Positions 1 to 8,899 of a stretch of DNA of 64,000 nt are shown in pieces. A program made the translations under genes and the position numbers. Numbering within the stretch: the first letter of the stretch is position 1; the number at the start of each line of letters is the position of its first letter. Below the pieces are notes generated by a model. The model saw only the letters and a list, made by a program, of their open reading frames with translations. It searched no databases and was not told where the DNA came from. Source of the DNA: Candidatus Sericytochromatia bacterium. GTDB taxonomy: Bacteria > Cyanobacteriota > Sericytochromatia > S15B-MN24 > UBA4093. The DNA is taken from positions 1 through 64,000 of the forward strand of contig JAKFBU010000077.1 in the NCBI GenBank assembly GCA_036676985.1. The letters are read 5' to 3'.

Positions 1-773
1 GTCGGGCTGGGCGAGGTCTGGTTGAGGTTCTCGATCTTCTGCGTGATCTCCGTGAGCCCCGCGTCCTCGGCCGGCACGAAGGTGCCGAGCTGCTGGGCCT
101 TCTCGTCGATCTCGGCGGGCACCCACAGCTTGGGCACGGCGTCCTCGACCAGGTGCGCAGCAATGGCCTCGCTCAGCTTCTTGAGATCGTCGTTGCTGAA
201 GGAGTCGAGCTCCGCGGGGTCCGCGAGCTGCTGCAGCACGTGGGTGATGGCGAGCGTGCTCGGCACGTCGAGCGTGACGGTGCTCGTCGTCTCCGGGGCG
301 GGCTTCACGAAGGCCGACAGCGACACCTTGTCGGTATCACCGAACTCCAGTCGGACGACGTAGGCGCGATCGCCCGCCGGGACCTCGATCTTGAAGCGTC
401 CCAGGCTGTCGGTCAGGACCTCGCCGACCCCGGCCACGGGCGTCAGGTCGGGGTTCAGGAGCCGCACGCGGGCGTTGGGCACGTAGCCCTGGCCGCCCAG
501 CGCGGTCACGCTTGCCGTGCGATAGGGCGCCACCGTGGTGAGCGGAGCGACCGTGGTCAGGGGGGCCACCGTCGTGAGCTGGCTGATCGGAGCCACGGCC
601 ACACCCTCGATGACCGTGAGCTTGGCGGGAGCGGTCGTCGCGACCAACGCGACGCTCGCGCCGGCAGTCGGGACCTGCGCGGGAGGAGTGAGCGGGCACG
701 CAGCGAGGGCCAAGGGGGCGCACGTCAGCGTGGCCGCCAGGATGGTCCTGTGGATGCGTCGCTCGAAGGCCAT
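1..773 (-). CDS. Lipoprotein with a triple LTTVAP repeat (partial, runs off the window start)
   Basis: Translated by hand from ATG at 773 (AGGAG RBS upstream): MAFERRIHRTILAATLTCAPLALAAC (lipobox)...QLTTVAPLTTVAPLTTVAPY...NARVRLLNPD...TDSLGRFKIEV. Absent from the ORF track because it is truncated by the window edge. Confidence 0.8.
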   Translation of the reverse strand, partial: MAFERRIHRTILAATLTCAPLALAACPLTPPAQVPTAGASVALVATTAPAKLTVIEGVAVAPISQLTTVAPLTTVAPLTTVAPYRTASVTALGGQGYVPNARVRLLNPDLTPVAGVGEVLTDSLGRFKIEVPAGDRAYVVRLEFGDTDKVSLSAFVKPAPETTSTVTLDVPSTLAITHVLQQLADPAELDSFSNDDLKKLSEAIAAHLVEDAVPKLWVPAEIDEKAQQLGTFVPAEDAGLTEITQKIENLNQTSPSP

Positions 774-926
774 GAGGCAGGCTCCTACTCTAGGCCGGCG
801 TCCCGTGGAGCGGGGTCTCCCCATGGAGAAAGAAGGGTAGCCGTCCTTAAGTACCTTACCCAGCACCAAGCAGGCTTATGACCATAGACGGTCCAAACCT
901 GTGAGCATTCGGTGAATATCCGCCGG

Positions 927-1574
927 TCAGGGCGCGATGATCACCTGTCGGATGGCGATGAAGTGGCAGATGCTCGCCACGATGGTCAGGGCGTGGAAGA
1001 CCTCGTGGTAACCGAAGATGCGCGGTGCAGGGTCGGGGCGCCGGGTCGCGTAGACGACCGCGCCCACGATGTAGAGGACGCCGCCCGCGATGAGCAGCCC
1101 GTTCGCCAGGGGCGAGAGCGCGGCCGCCGTGCGTGGCAGGAAGGGAATGACCACGCATCCCAGGAGCACGTAGAAGAGAGCGGAAAGGGCCTTGGGCGCG
1201 CCGCTCCAGAAGACCGCCCGCGCTACGCCAAGCAACGCCCCGAGCCACACCCCGCCGAGCAGCATGGGGCCGACGCCGTCCCCCAGGGCCACCAGACAGA
1301 TCGGCGTGTAGGAGCCCGCAATCACCAGGAAGATGGCCGAATGATCCAGGCGCCGCATGAGCAGGCGCGCGCGTTCGCCCCACGAGGGCAGGTGGTACAG
1401 GGCGCTGATGCCGAACATGGCCGCGAGCGTCAGGGCGTAGACGGTGGCGGCGATCGCCGCCTGGTCGCTATGGGCGGCCGCCACGAGCATGGGCCCGGCC
1501 CCCAGGGAGGCGAAGAAGGCGGCGCGGTGCGAGACCCCGCGGAGCCGGGGCTTCGAAGGCGTGGTGTCCGACAT
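927..1574 (-). CDS. Hemolysin III / PAQR family membrane protein
   Basis: KPRLRGVSH, SALYH, RRLDHSAIFLVIAGSYTP and FGYHEVFH motifs; about 7 TM segments; GGAGG upstream of ATG 1574. Confidence 0.92.
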   Translation of the reverse strand: MSDTTPSKPRLRGVSHRAAFFASLGAGPMLVAAAHSDQAAIAATVYALTLAAMFGISALYHLPSWGERARLLMRRLDHSAIFLVIAGSYTPICLVALGDGVGPMLLGGVWLGALLGVARAVFWSGAPKALSALFYVLLGCVVIPFLPRTAAALSPLANGLLIAGGVLYIVGAVVYATRRPDPAPRIFGYHEVFHALTIVASICHFIAIRQVIIAP

Positions 1575-1672
1575 GCGCATGACCTCCGGTGACGCGGTTT
1601 GGGCTCCTGCCATTCTGGCAGGAAGGCGCCCGAAAGTCGGTCACCGAATGGTCATGGCGTGTCAGACTTCGG

Positions 1673-3598
1673 TCATACTCCCGAGGGGCGGGCGTCGGTC
1701 CCGGCGCTCGTTTTCATTCCGAGCTTGCGGGCGGCGCCGAGCATCTGCTTCTCGAAGGACGCGAGCAGCTGCTCGAAGAAGCCGTGCGACTCCATCATCT
1801 CGGGCACGAACGGGTTCATGATCGTGCTGCGCAGGACCGTGAGGCTCTTGCCGTCCTCGAAGAGGGGCAACAGGGACGGGTGAAGTCGCGCCCGCACGCC
1901 CCGACCGTACTTCTTGAGGTCGAACTCGGTCTTGGACAAGAGGAAGTCGTAGCTGAAGACCAGGCGGTCCAGGTTGATGGCGAAGCGCTGGTAAAGCTCC
2001 TCGTTGAACCGGTTGATCTCGGCGAGCGAGGTCGCGCCCGGCGGTATGGCGATGAAGACCACCAGGTTCAGGTCCGGATCGTTCAGGGGCACGAGCTTGA
2101 AGCCATGGGGCGAGGTGAAGCCCTTGATGGCGTCCTTCATCTGACGCGCGGAGTTCGTCGTCTGCTCGATGAGCGTGCCGAAGCCCGTGGTGTTCAGGGG
2201 CAGCACCCGGTGGTTGAGCCACACGGCGGCGGCCGCAGCGCCCGGCTTGGAGCCCTCGACGATGTACTTGCCGATGGTGGTGTGGGGGATGCCGCCTTCT
2301 TCGTGGAAGACGTAGGGCGCGGCCACCGTGAGGAACTCGCGGACCCGCACGTCCTGGAACATGATGGCCCCCGCGGGGTACGGCGCGTAGCCCAGCTTGT
2401 GCGGGTCGATGGTGATCGAGTCCGTCTCCTGCAGGGCCTGGAAGCTCCGGGCCAGCTCCATGTCGAAGGCCGACTCCATCCAGTTACCGGCCTCGTCCCG
2501 GAACATGGCGGCGGCGTAGCCGCCATAGGCCCCGTCCACGTGGCAGTAGAAGTCGAGCCCACGGGCCTTGGTCTCGCGCTTGGCCTCGAACAGGCGATGC
2601 AGGGCGTCGACCGTGCCCGTCTCGGTGGAGCCGAGCACGCTCACCATGGCGAGCACCGGCACCTTCTGGGCGACGAGCTCTTCCAGGACGGCCGCGAACT
2701 GCGCCGGGTCGATGCGGTAGTCGTCGTCGACGGCGAGCTCCAGGAGCTGGTGCTGGCCCATGCCCAGCAGGTCCGCGATCTTGACCCAGGAGTAGTGCTT
2801 GGTGCCGGGCACGAGCAAGAGCGGCTCCGGCAGGGCCTCGCCCACCATGCCCTCGAAGACCCGGTGGAAGCGCAGGTAGCCCAGGGTGCCGAGGGAGTGG
2901 GCGTTGAGCTGGTCGGTGATGCGCGGGTCCTGCTCGGCGCGGATCAAGAGCGCCTCGCGCAGCTCGCAGATGGCGTCCATGGGAACGTTCATGAGCTGCC
3001 AGGCGTCGAGGTCCTTCAGCTCGCCCACGCCGCCCTCTGCCAGGCGCACGGGCAGACCCGTGAGATCCAGGAACCTTGCGGCCATGGCCGCGTTGGGCGG
3101 GAAGTACTTGAGGGCGCGGGCCGCCCAGAGCGCCTCGAGGTTCGCAACCGAGCCGCCCGACGTGAGGTGCCCCCAGGCGTTGGGGCCGTAGCCCACCAGG
3201 TTGGCCAGCTGCCGACCCACCTCCAGCTCCAGCTCGGTGGTGACGGGCGAGGCCTCCTCCGAGATGTTGTTGGGGTTGTAGAGCATCGCCGCGAAGTAGC
3301 CCACCATGGACGCGATGGTCACGTCGGTGGTCATGTGCGCGATGTAGCGGGGGCTGAAGGACGGCGCGCCCTGCTTGAGACGCGAGAGCAGGTAGTAGAG
3401 CTCCTGGCGCAGGCGCGCCATGGAGTCGTCGTAGGTCTGGCTGCGCTTGTCGGCCTCGCGAATGAACGGGCCGTCCTGCGGGTGGAAGTTGCGGCGCCAG
3501 AAGACGTGGTCCCGGAAGGCCTCCAGGATGAACTTCTCGGCGATGTCCGCATTCTCACCGGCCGGGCCCAGGAAAGCAGAGCTGAAATTCAGAGACAT
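1673..3598 (-). CDS. Group II PLP-dependent amino-acid decarboxylase (tyrosine decarboxylase-like)
   Basis: HVDGAYGG, SITIDPHKLGYAPY (PLP lysine), GHLTSGGSVANLEALW and EGSKPGAAAAAVW motifs. Confidence 0.88.
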   Translation of the reverse strand: MSLNFSSAFLGPAGENADIAEKFILEAFRDHVFWRRNFHPQDGPFIREADKRSQTYDDSMARLRQELYYLLSRLKQGAPSFSPRYIAHMTTDVTIASMVGYFAAMLYNPNNISEEASPVTTELELEVGRQLANLVGYGPNAWGHLTSGGSVANLEALWAARALKYFPPNAAMAARFLDLTGLPVRLAEGGVGELKDLDAWQLMNVPMDAICELREALLIRAEQDPRITDQLNAHSLGTLGYLRFHRVFEGMVGEALPEPLLLVPGTKHYSWVKIADLLGMGQHQLLELAVDDDYRIDPAQFAAVLEELVAQKVPVLAMVSVLGSTETGTVDALHRLFEAKRETKARGLDFYCHVDGAYGGYAAAMFRDEAGNWMESAFDMELARSFQALQETDSITIDPHKLGYAPYPAGAIMFQDVRVREFLTVAAPYVFHEEGGIPHTTIGKYIVEGSKPGAAAAAVWLNHRVLPLNTTGFGTLIEQTTNSARQMKDAIKGFTSPHGFKLVPLNDPDLNLVVFIAIPPGATSLAEINRFNEELYQRFAINLDRLVFSYDFLLSKTEFDLKKYGRGVRARLHPSLLPLFEDGKSLTVLRSTIMNPFVPEMMESHGFFEQLLASFEKQMLGAARKLGMKTSAGTDARPSGV

Positions 3599-3664
3599 GG
3601 CGGCATTCCATTTGGATATAAGAGGGCGCCTCCTTTCTTTAGCTCATTTCCGTCCATCACGCGT

Positions 3665-3679
3665 CCGTAAGTATTACGC
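3665..3679 (-). promoter_or_regulatory. Putative activator site (CCGT-N7-ACG family) upstream of the decarboxylase
   Basis: CCGTAAGTATTACGC; on the minus strand it is followed after 23 nt by TAAAGA (3636-3641). Confidence 0.5.
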
Positions 3680-3809
3680 TTGTGCGCCCTTTGCGGGCCC
3701 AGCGAGCCGCTTTCGCCATTAGACTTCGCCAATCTTCACGCCGCAGGGTGGGTCGGTCGTGCAGACTCGGGTCCGCGCGATCCGCGAGGACCCGTGAAAG
3801 GAGGCCCCC

Positions 3810-4148
3810 ATGGCCCGTTCCTGTCGCTACCTGCGCGTCCGTCCCCGCATGCACCCGAAAGCTCGGATCCGAGCCGTCCCGGCGGCCGGGGCGGCGCCGC
3901 GGGTCCGCCTGGGATCGGGGCTGGCGATCGCCCTTTTCCTCTCCACGCTGTTCGCCGTCTCGACCATCCTCCTGCTGATCCGCTCGTGGCTGATCGACGC
4001 CCCGGCCTCCGAGGCGGACGCCATGCTCATCCTCGGAGTCGGGGGCATCACATGGTTGACGTCGCTCGGGTATTACGCGCTGTGGCAGCTAGATAAGCGA
4101 GACATACCGCCTGTTAAGCGAGAATCGCAACAAATGCGAAATGATTAG
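3810..4148 (+). CDS. Small two-TM hypothetical membrane protein
   Basis: AGGAGG RBS before the ATG; two hydrophobic segments. Confidence 0.6.
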   Translation: MARSCRYLRVRPRMHPKARIRAVPAAGAAPRVRLGSGLAIALFLSTLFAVSTILLLIRSWLIDAPASEADAMLILGVGGITWLTSLGYYALWQLDKRDIPPVKRESQQMRND

Positions 4149-4252
4149 GGGTTCCTAATCGATATGTCATTAGAAGTGACTAATTCTTTCAGAAATTGGG
4201 GGGCTGAGGGGTAAATCTCCGACAAGGGTGACATTCCCACATCGGAGGACCA

Positions 4253-5194
4253 ATGAAGAAGCTTCCTAGACAACTCCTCGGAGTGGCCGCGCTCGGCGTG
4301 GCGGCGTGCACCTCCTCGCCGTTCGGGCCGACCGCGGCCCCCAGCACGCAGTTCGGACTCGAGCTCCAGAACCTGATCAGCCTCGACAAGGCACGCGGTC
4401 ACTACGAACTCTGGGTGGTGGGCGGCGGCACCCCCAAGAGCGCTGGCAAATTCCTCATCGGCACGGACGGCAAGCCCACGGATCTCGACGGCGCGGCCAA
4501 GACCACCTGGATCGCCGAGGCCAACGCCTCCGAGATCACCGACGTCTACGTCACCCAGGAGCAGCCCGCCGACGCCGACGCCAAGCCGAGCCGGCAGCAG
4601 TTCCTCACGGGCGTCCTCAAGGCGGGCAAGGCCACGCTATCGGCTCCCGTCAACGCCGCGGACGTCCAGACCAAGACGGGCGCCTACATCCTGGACAACC
4701 CCGTCACCGAAAAGGTCGCCAACGACTACAACGGCATTTGGTACTCCACCTACAGCACCGGCAAGTACACCCCGGGGCTCACGCTTGACGAGTCCCCGGA
4801 CGGCTGGCGCTACGCGGGCTGGGTCATCCTCGGCGGCAAGGTGCTCCGCACGGGCAAGTTCACCCACCCCATGGAGATGGACGACTGGTACGGCTACTCG
4901 GGCTTCAACTCGGTGTCCTTGCCCGTCAACTTCCCCGGGCCCCCGATGCCCGGCGAGGACTTCAACGTCAATGCCCCCGAGGGCCTGACCTTCGGCAACG
5001 GCCAGCCGGACCTCGCGGGCGCGCAGGTCATCATCTCGGTCGAGAGCGCGACGCTCTCGGGCGAGGAGACCTATCCCGGCCCCGTCCGCCTCTTCGAGGG
5101 CACCGTGCCCACCCCCTCGGCCCAGCGGGTGACCTACGACCTGACCAACGTGGCGGCGACCAAGGTCCCATCCGCCACCCTCACCGTGAAGTAA
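4253..5194 (+). CDS. Hypothetical lipoprotein
   Basis: GGAGG RBS; lipobox LGVAAC; strong GC3 codon bias; 10 nt upstream of the DHOR gene. Confidence 0.85.
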   Translation: MKKLPRQLLGVAALGVAACTSSPFGPTAAPSTQFGLELQNLISLDKARGHYELWVVGGGTPKSAGKFLIGTDGKPTDLDGAAKTTWIAEANASEITDVYVTQEQPADADAKPSRQQFLTGVLKAGKATLSAPVNAADVQTKTGAYILDNPVTEKVANDYNGIWYSTYSTGKYTPGLTLDESPDGWRYAGWVILGGKVLRTGKFTHPMEMDDWYGYSGFNSVSLPVNFPGPPMPGEDFNVNAPEGLTFGNGQPDLAGAQVIISVESATLSGEETYPGPVRLFEGTVPTPSAQRVTYDLTNVAATKVPSATLTVK

Positions 5195-5204
5195 GGAGCG
5201 CCCC

Positions 5205-6458
5205 ATGCAGACCAAGCACTACCTTGCCGCCGCGGCGCTCGGCCTCTTCCTGGTGGGCTGCCAGGCCGTCACCCGGGACCTCACGGCAAGCACGCCCGGA
5301 CTTCCCGGCAACATCGGCGACGAGAGCTTCACCCGCCCGCTTTCGGGCCTGAGCGAGGCCAACCTCGCCGCGTACCACCGGGGCCGCGAGCTCTTCGACA
5401 AGAACTTCACGCCCTCGGAGGGCCTGGGCCCCCTCTACAACAACACGAGCTGCAAGGCCTGCCACGGCTTCCCCAACTCGGGCGGCAGCTCGCCGGAGCT
5501 CCTGACCCTCATCGGCGGAGAGTCGAACGGCGCGCCCCGGACCCTCAAGGAGAAGGGCGGTCCGGTCATCTCCGATAAGTCCGTGCTCAGCGTGCCCCTG
5601 GAATCCCTGCCCCTGGAGACCAAGTACATCTCCAAGCGCATCTCGCCGGTGACCTACGGAACGGGCCTCCTCGAGGCCATCCCGGCCGCCGACATCACAG
5701 CACAGCTGGCGCCCTCGGCCCGCAAGCAGGAGCTCGGCATCAGCGGGCGCACCAACCTGGACGGCGACAAGATCGGCCGCTTGGGCTGGAAGGCCCAGAC
5801 CTCCGACATGCGCTCGTTCACGATCACGGCCTCGAACTTCGAGATGGGCCTCTCGAGCCCGGATCGTCCGTACGAATTCTTCCCCAACATCGGGCCCCAG
5901 ATGCTGGCGGCTCCGGCCCTCTACGCCACCGACAGCGCCAAGCTGGCGTTCGTCAAGGAGTACTTCGACGCCCGCGGCGCGGCCTCGGCCTCGACCGATC
6001 TCACGGCCCAGAACGTCGACGACCTCACGGCCTTCCAGCGCTACCAGGCGCCGCCCGTCCCCCTGGCCCTCACCGAGCAGGCCAAGCAGGGCGAGGAGGT
6101 CTTCAAGAAGATCGGCTGCGCCGAGTGCCATGCGCCCGGCTTCAAGACGGGCCCCAACTCCATCGGCATCCCCGAGGGCCAGACGGTCGCGGCCTACACG
6201 GACCTCCTCCTGCACGACATGGGGGCTGCACTCTCGGACGGCATCGCCTGGCAGGGCACGGCCAAGGGCTCGGAGTGGCGCACGACCCCGCTCTGGGGCC
6301 TGCGCTACCGCCGCTGGCTGATGCATGACGGCCGCACGGACAACCTGGAAGAGGCCATCCAGCTGCATGCGGGCGAGGGCCAGAAGGTCACCGACGCCTA
6401 CAACGCCCTCGCGACGGTCTCCAAGGACGCCCTGAAGGCGTTCCTGCTGTCGATCTAG
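5205..6458 (+). CDS. Di-haem oxidoreductase (DHOR/DUF1111-type) lipoprotein
   Basis: Lipobox LVGC; GLGPLYN, CKACH and CAECH haem motifs, GRLGWKA, YTDLLLHDMG, WRTTPLWG and MHDGR. Confidence 0.9.
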   Translation: MQTKHYLAAAALGLFLVGCQAVTRDLTASTPGLPGNIGDESFTRPLSGLSEANLAAYHRGRELFDKNFTPSEGLGPLYNNTSCKACHGFPNSGGSSPELLTLIGGESNGAPRTLKEKGGPVISDKSVLSVPLESLPLETKYISKRISPVTYGTGLLEAIPAADITAQLAPSARKQELGISGRTNLDGDKIGRLGWKAQTSDMRSFTITASNFEMGLSSPDRPYEFFPNIGPQMLAAPALYATDSAKLAFVKEYFDARGAASASTDLTAQNVDDLTAFQRYQAPPVPLALTEQAKQGEEVFKKIGCAECHAPGFKTGPNSIGIPEGQTVAAYTDLLLHDMGAALSDGIAWQGTAKGSEWRTTPLWGLRYRRWLMHDGRTDNLEEAIQLHAGEGQKVTDAYNALATVSKDALKAFLLSI

Positions 6459-6477
6459 GCTGCGAAAGGAGCCCCTC

Positions 6478-6738
6478 ATGAATGCGCTGCTTCCGGTCCA
6501 ACCGCTGCAAGGTGCGATCGCCCGCCAGTTGCCCCTCGCCATGGGGCTGGCGATCGCCCTGAGCGTGTCCCTTGCGAGCACGCAGCTCTTGGGCGCCGTG
6601 CCGAGCCCCATGGAGGGCGCGGCCGAGGGTCCGAGCACGAGCTGCGTCGGCTGCCACACCACCGAGGTTCCCGAGGGCGCTCCGCCGGAAGCGCCCGGCG
6701 GGACCGCCATGCAGCGCCAGGCGGAGTGCCGGCGCTAA
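6478..6738 (+). CDS. 86-aa exported or membrane peptide with a single CxxCH
   Basis: AAAGGAG RBS; hydrophobic segment LAMGLAIALSVSLA followed by SCVGCHTT; fills the gap between the DHOR and radical SAM genes. Confidence 0.65.
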   Translation: MNALLPVQPLQGAIARQLPLAMGLAIALSVSLASTQLLGAVPSPMEGAAEGPSTSCVGCHTTEVPEGAPPEAPGGTAMQRQAECRR

Positions 6739-6749
6739 CAGGAGGCCCC

Positions 6750-8066
6750 ATGTCCCCTCTGCTCTCGGCGGCGGCCCTGGACGCCGCCCGGGACCGCTTC
6801 GCCCGCTCGCTGGCAGCCCCCCAGTCCCGTCACTCCTATCCCTTGCCGGCCAAGAGCCGGCTCGGCGCCCCGACGGACCTCCATGCGGCCGGCGGTCCGG
6901 CGAGCCTGTACGTGCACATCCCGTACTGCTCGGCCCGTTGCACCTACTGCTTCTTCGTGACGCAGATTGGCCACGGGGCCAAGGACATGGCCCAGTACGT
7001 GGACGAGATCGCAGCCGAGCTCGCGCTCACCGAGCCTCACCTCGGAGGCTACAGCTTCTCGTCCCTCTACTACGGCGGCGGAACCCCGGGCCTCCTGCCG
7101 CCCGACTCCTTCAAGCGCCTGCACGAGCTCTTCGCGCCTCTGCTGGCTCCCGGGGCCACCGTCACGGTCGAGACCCATCCCCACGCGGCGGACGCCCAGC
7201 GCGTCGCTGCCTGGAAGGAGTGCGGCATCGACCGGGTGAGCGTCGGGGTCCAGACCACCGATCCGCACCTGCTCGAGATCGTCAACCGGGGGTTGACCGG
7301 CCCCCACATCGTCCCGGGCATCCAGCGCCTGCTCGAGGCGGGCTTCCAGGACGTCAACGCGGACCTGCTCTTCGGGCTGCCCGACCAGACCATGGAGAGC
7401 TGGCAGGACACCCTGGAGACCCACATCGCCACGGGCATCCCCAGCCTCTCCATGTACCGCACGTCCTACATCCCGGCTACCATCGAGGCCTTCCGCAAGC
7501 TGGGCGCGACCTTCCCGGCCAAGCAGGACATTTACGCCATGTACGCCCATGGCTTCCAGCGCCTCAACGAGGCGGGCTTCCTGCAGCCCCGCTACGGCTG
7601 CTCGACCTTCAGCCGCCACGCCTACCCCTTCGGCCTCAACACCCACCGCTATCACATCCTCCAGAACCGACCGATGGTCTGCCTGGGCATGGGCGCCTAC
7701 GGCTCGGTGGGCGGCTACGTCTACCTCAACCACCGCACGCGCGAGGCCTACCAGAAGGCGCTCGCCGACAAGCAAATGCCCGTGCTCGCGGCCACGCCCG
7801 TGGACCCCGAAGAGGTGCCCCACAAGTACGCGGTCGAGACCTGGAAGCTCGGCTTCTTGAGCCAGGGGGCCTACCACGAGCGGTTCGGAGAGATGGTCGA
7901 GGACCGCTTCGGCGCGGAGCTCGCCGTGCTCTTGGAGCTCGGAGAGCTGGAGCTGGTGGACCGCGAGTACCGCATGACCCGCCGGGGCGCCGAGCACCCG
8001 GACGTGATCGCCGACATGTTCGTGAGCGCGGCGGCCCACGCCTACGCCCAAGGAGGACGCGCATGA
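6750..8066 (+). CDS. HemN-like (class C) radical SAM enzyme
   Basis: SLYVHIPYCSARCTYC (CxxxCxxC), SLYYGGGTP, RVSVGVQT and NADLLFGLPDQT; AGGAGG RBS before ATG 6750. Confidence 0.9.
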   Translation: MSPLLSAAALDAARDRFARSLAAPQSRHSYPLPAKSRLGAPTDLHAAGGPASLYVHIPYCSARCTYCFFVTQIGHGAKDMAQYVDEIAAELALTEPHLGGYSFSSLYYGGGTPGLLPPDSFKRLHELFAPLLAPGATVTVETHPHAADAQRVAAWKECGIDRVSVGVQTTDPHLLEIVNRGLTGPHIVPGIQRLLEAGFQDVNADLLFGLPDQTMESWQDTLETHIATGIPSLSMYRTSYIPATIEAFRKLGATFPAKQDIYAMYAHGFQRLNEAGFLQPRYGCSTFSRHAYPFGLNTHRYHILQNRPMVCLGMGAYGSVGGYVYLNHRTREAYQKALADKQMPVLAATPVDPEEVPHKYAVETWKLGFLSQGAYHERFGEMVEDRFGAELAVLLELGELELVDREYRMTRRGAEHPDVIADMFVSAAAHAYAQGGRA

Positions 8067-8899
8067 CCCCCCCTCTCACCTTTCCCGAGGCCTACCGCCG
8101 GTACATGGCGGCCTTCGGCACGCCCGACCTGGACGAGATCGCGGCCGTCGGCGTCAAGTTCGTCAAGCGCGGGGAGACGCCGCCGCCCCAGGCGGCCCCG
8201 CTCGACATGGCCTACACCTGGTGCTATGCCGTCAAGCAGGCCTCCAGGGGCGAGGTGCCCCTGCTCACGCGGGACAACATCGGCTGCGTGATGGCGGCCA
8301 TCGCGCTCGGCCTGGTGGACGAGGACGACCCCAACCCGCTGCCCGGCTGGCGGCAGTACAGCCAGAAGATGGAGACGCCACCCGCGCCGCGGGACTACAA
8401 GGAGGGGCTCGTCTTCGGCTGCGCGGCGGCCGGTCGCCAGGACCTCGCCCTCTACGGCCCCGACGACCCGGGACGCTACCGCACCGTCGAGGCCGCGAAG
8501 AAGGCCTATGCCGGCATGCCCAAGATCCAGCCCGCCTGCATGGACGCGGTGGTGGCCTTCCCGCCCGAAGAGGAGCTCGCCGACATCACGCCGGACGTCG
8601 TGATCCTGGCCCTGACGCCGCGCGAGACGCTGCGCACCATCCAGTCTTTGACCTTCATGAGCGGCGAGCGCTTCGAGATGACCACCCTCGGGGTGGCGGG
8701 CTTCTCGGTGGACCTCACAGCACTGCCCTACGTGACGGGCAAGGCCAACGCGAGCTTCATGTGCGTGGGCGCCCGGGTGGTGGCTCGCTGGGACGGCAAC
8801 CTCAACGCCATGGGCCTTCCCTACGAGACCTTCCTCCAGGTGGTCGAGGGGATGGAGCTCTCGGCCCCGGGGTATCCATTTGCGAGGTACCCCGCATGA
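8063..8899 (+). CDS. DUF169 (COG2043)-like protein
   Basis: True start at an ATGA overlap with the radical SAM stop; WCYAVKQA-RG, IGCVMAAIALG, PDVVI..TP and PY..G..NASFMCVGAR match the DUF169 pattern as I recall it. Confidence 0.75.
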   Translation: MTPPLTFPEAYRRYMAAFGTPDLDEIAAVGVKFVKRGETPPPQAAPLDMAYTWCYAVKQASRGEVPLLTRDNIGCVMAAIALGLVDEDDPNPLPGWRQYSQKMETPPAPRDYKEGLVFGCAAAGRQDLALYGPDDPGRYRTVEAAKKAYAGMPKIQPACMDAVVAFPPEEELADITPDVVILALTPRETLRTIQSLTFMSGERFEMTTLGVAGFSVDLTALPYVTGKANASFMCVGARVVARWDGNLNAMGLPYETFLQVVEGMELSAPGYPFARYPA

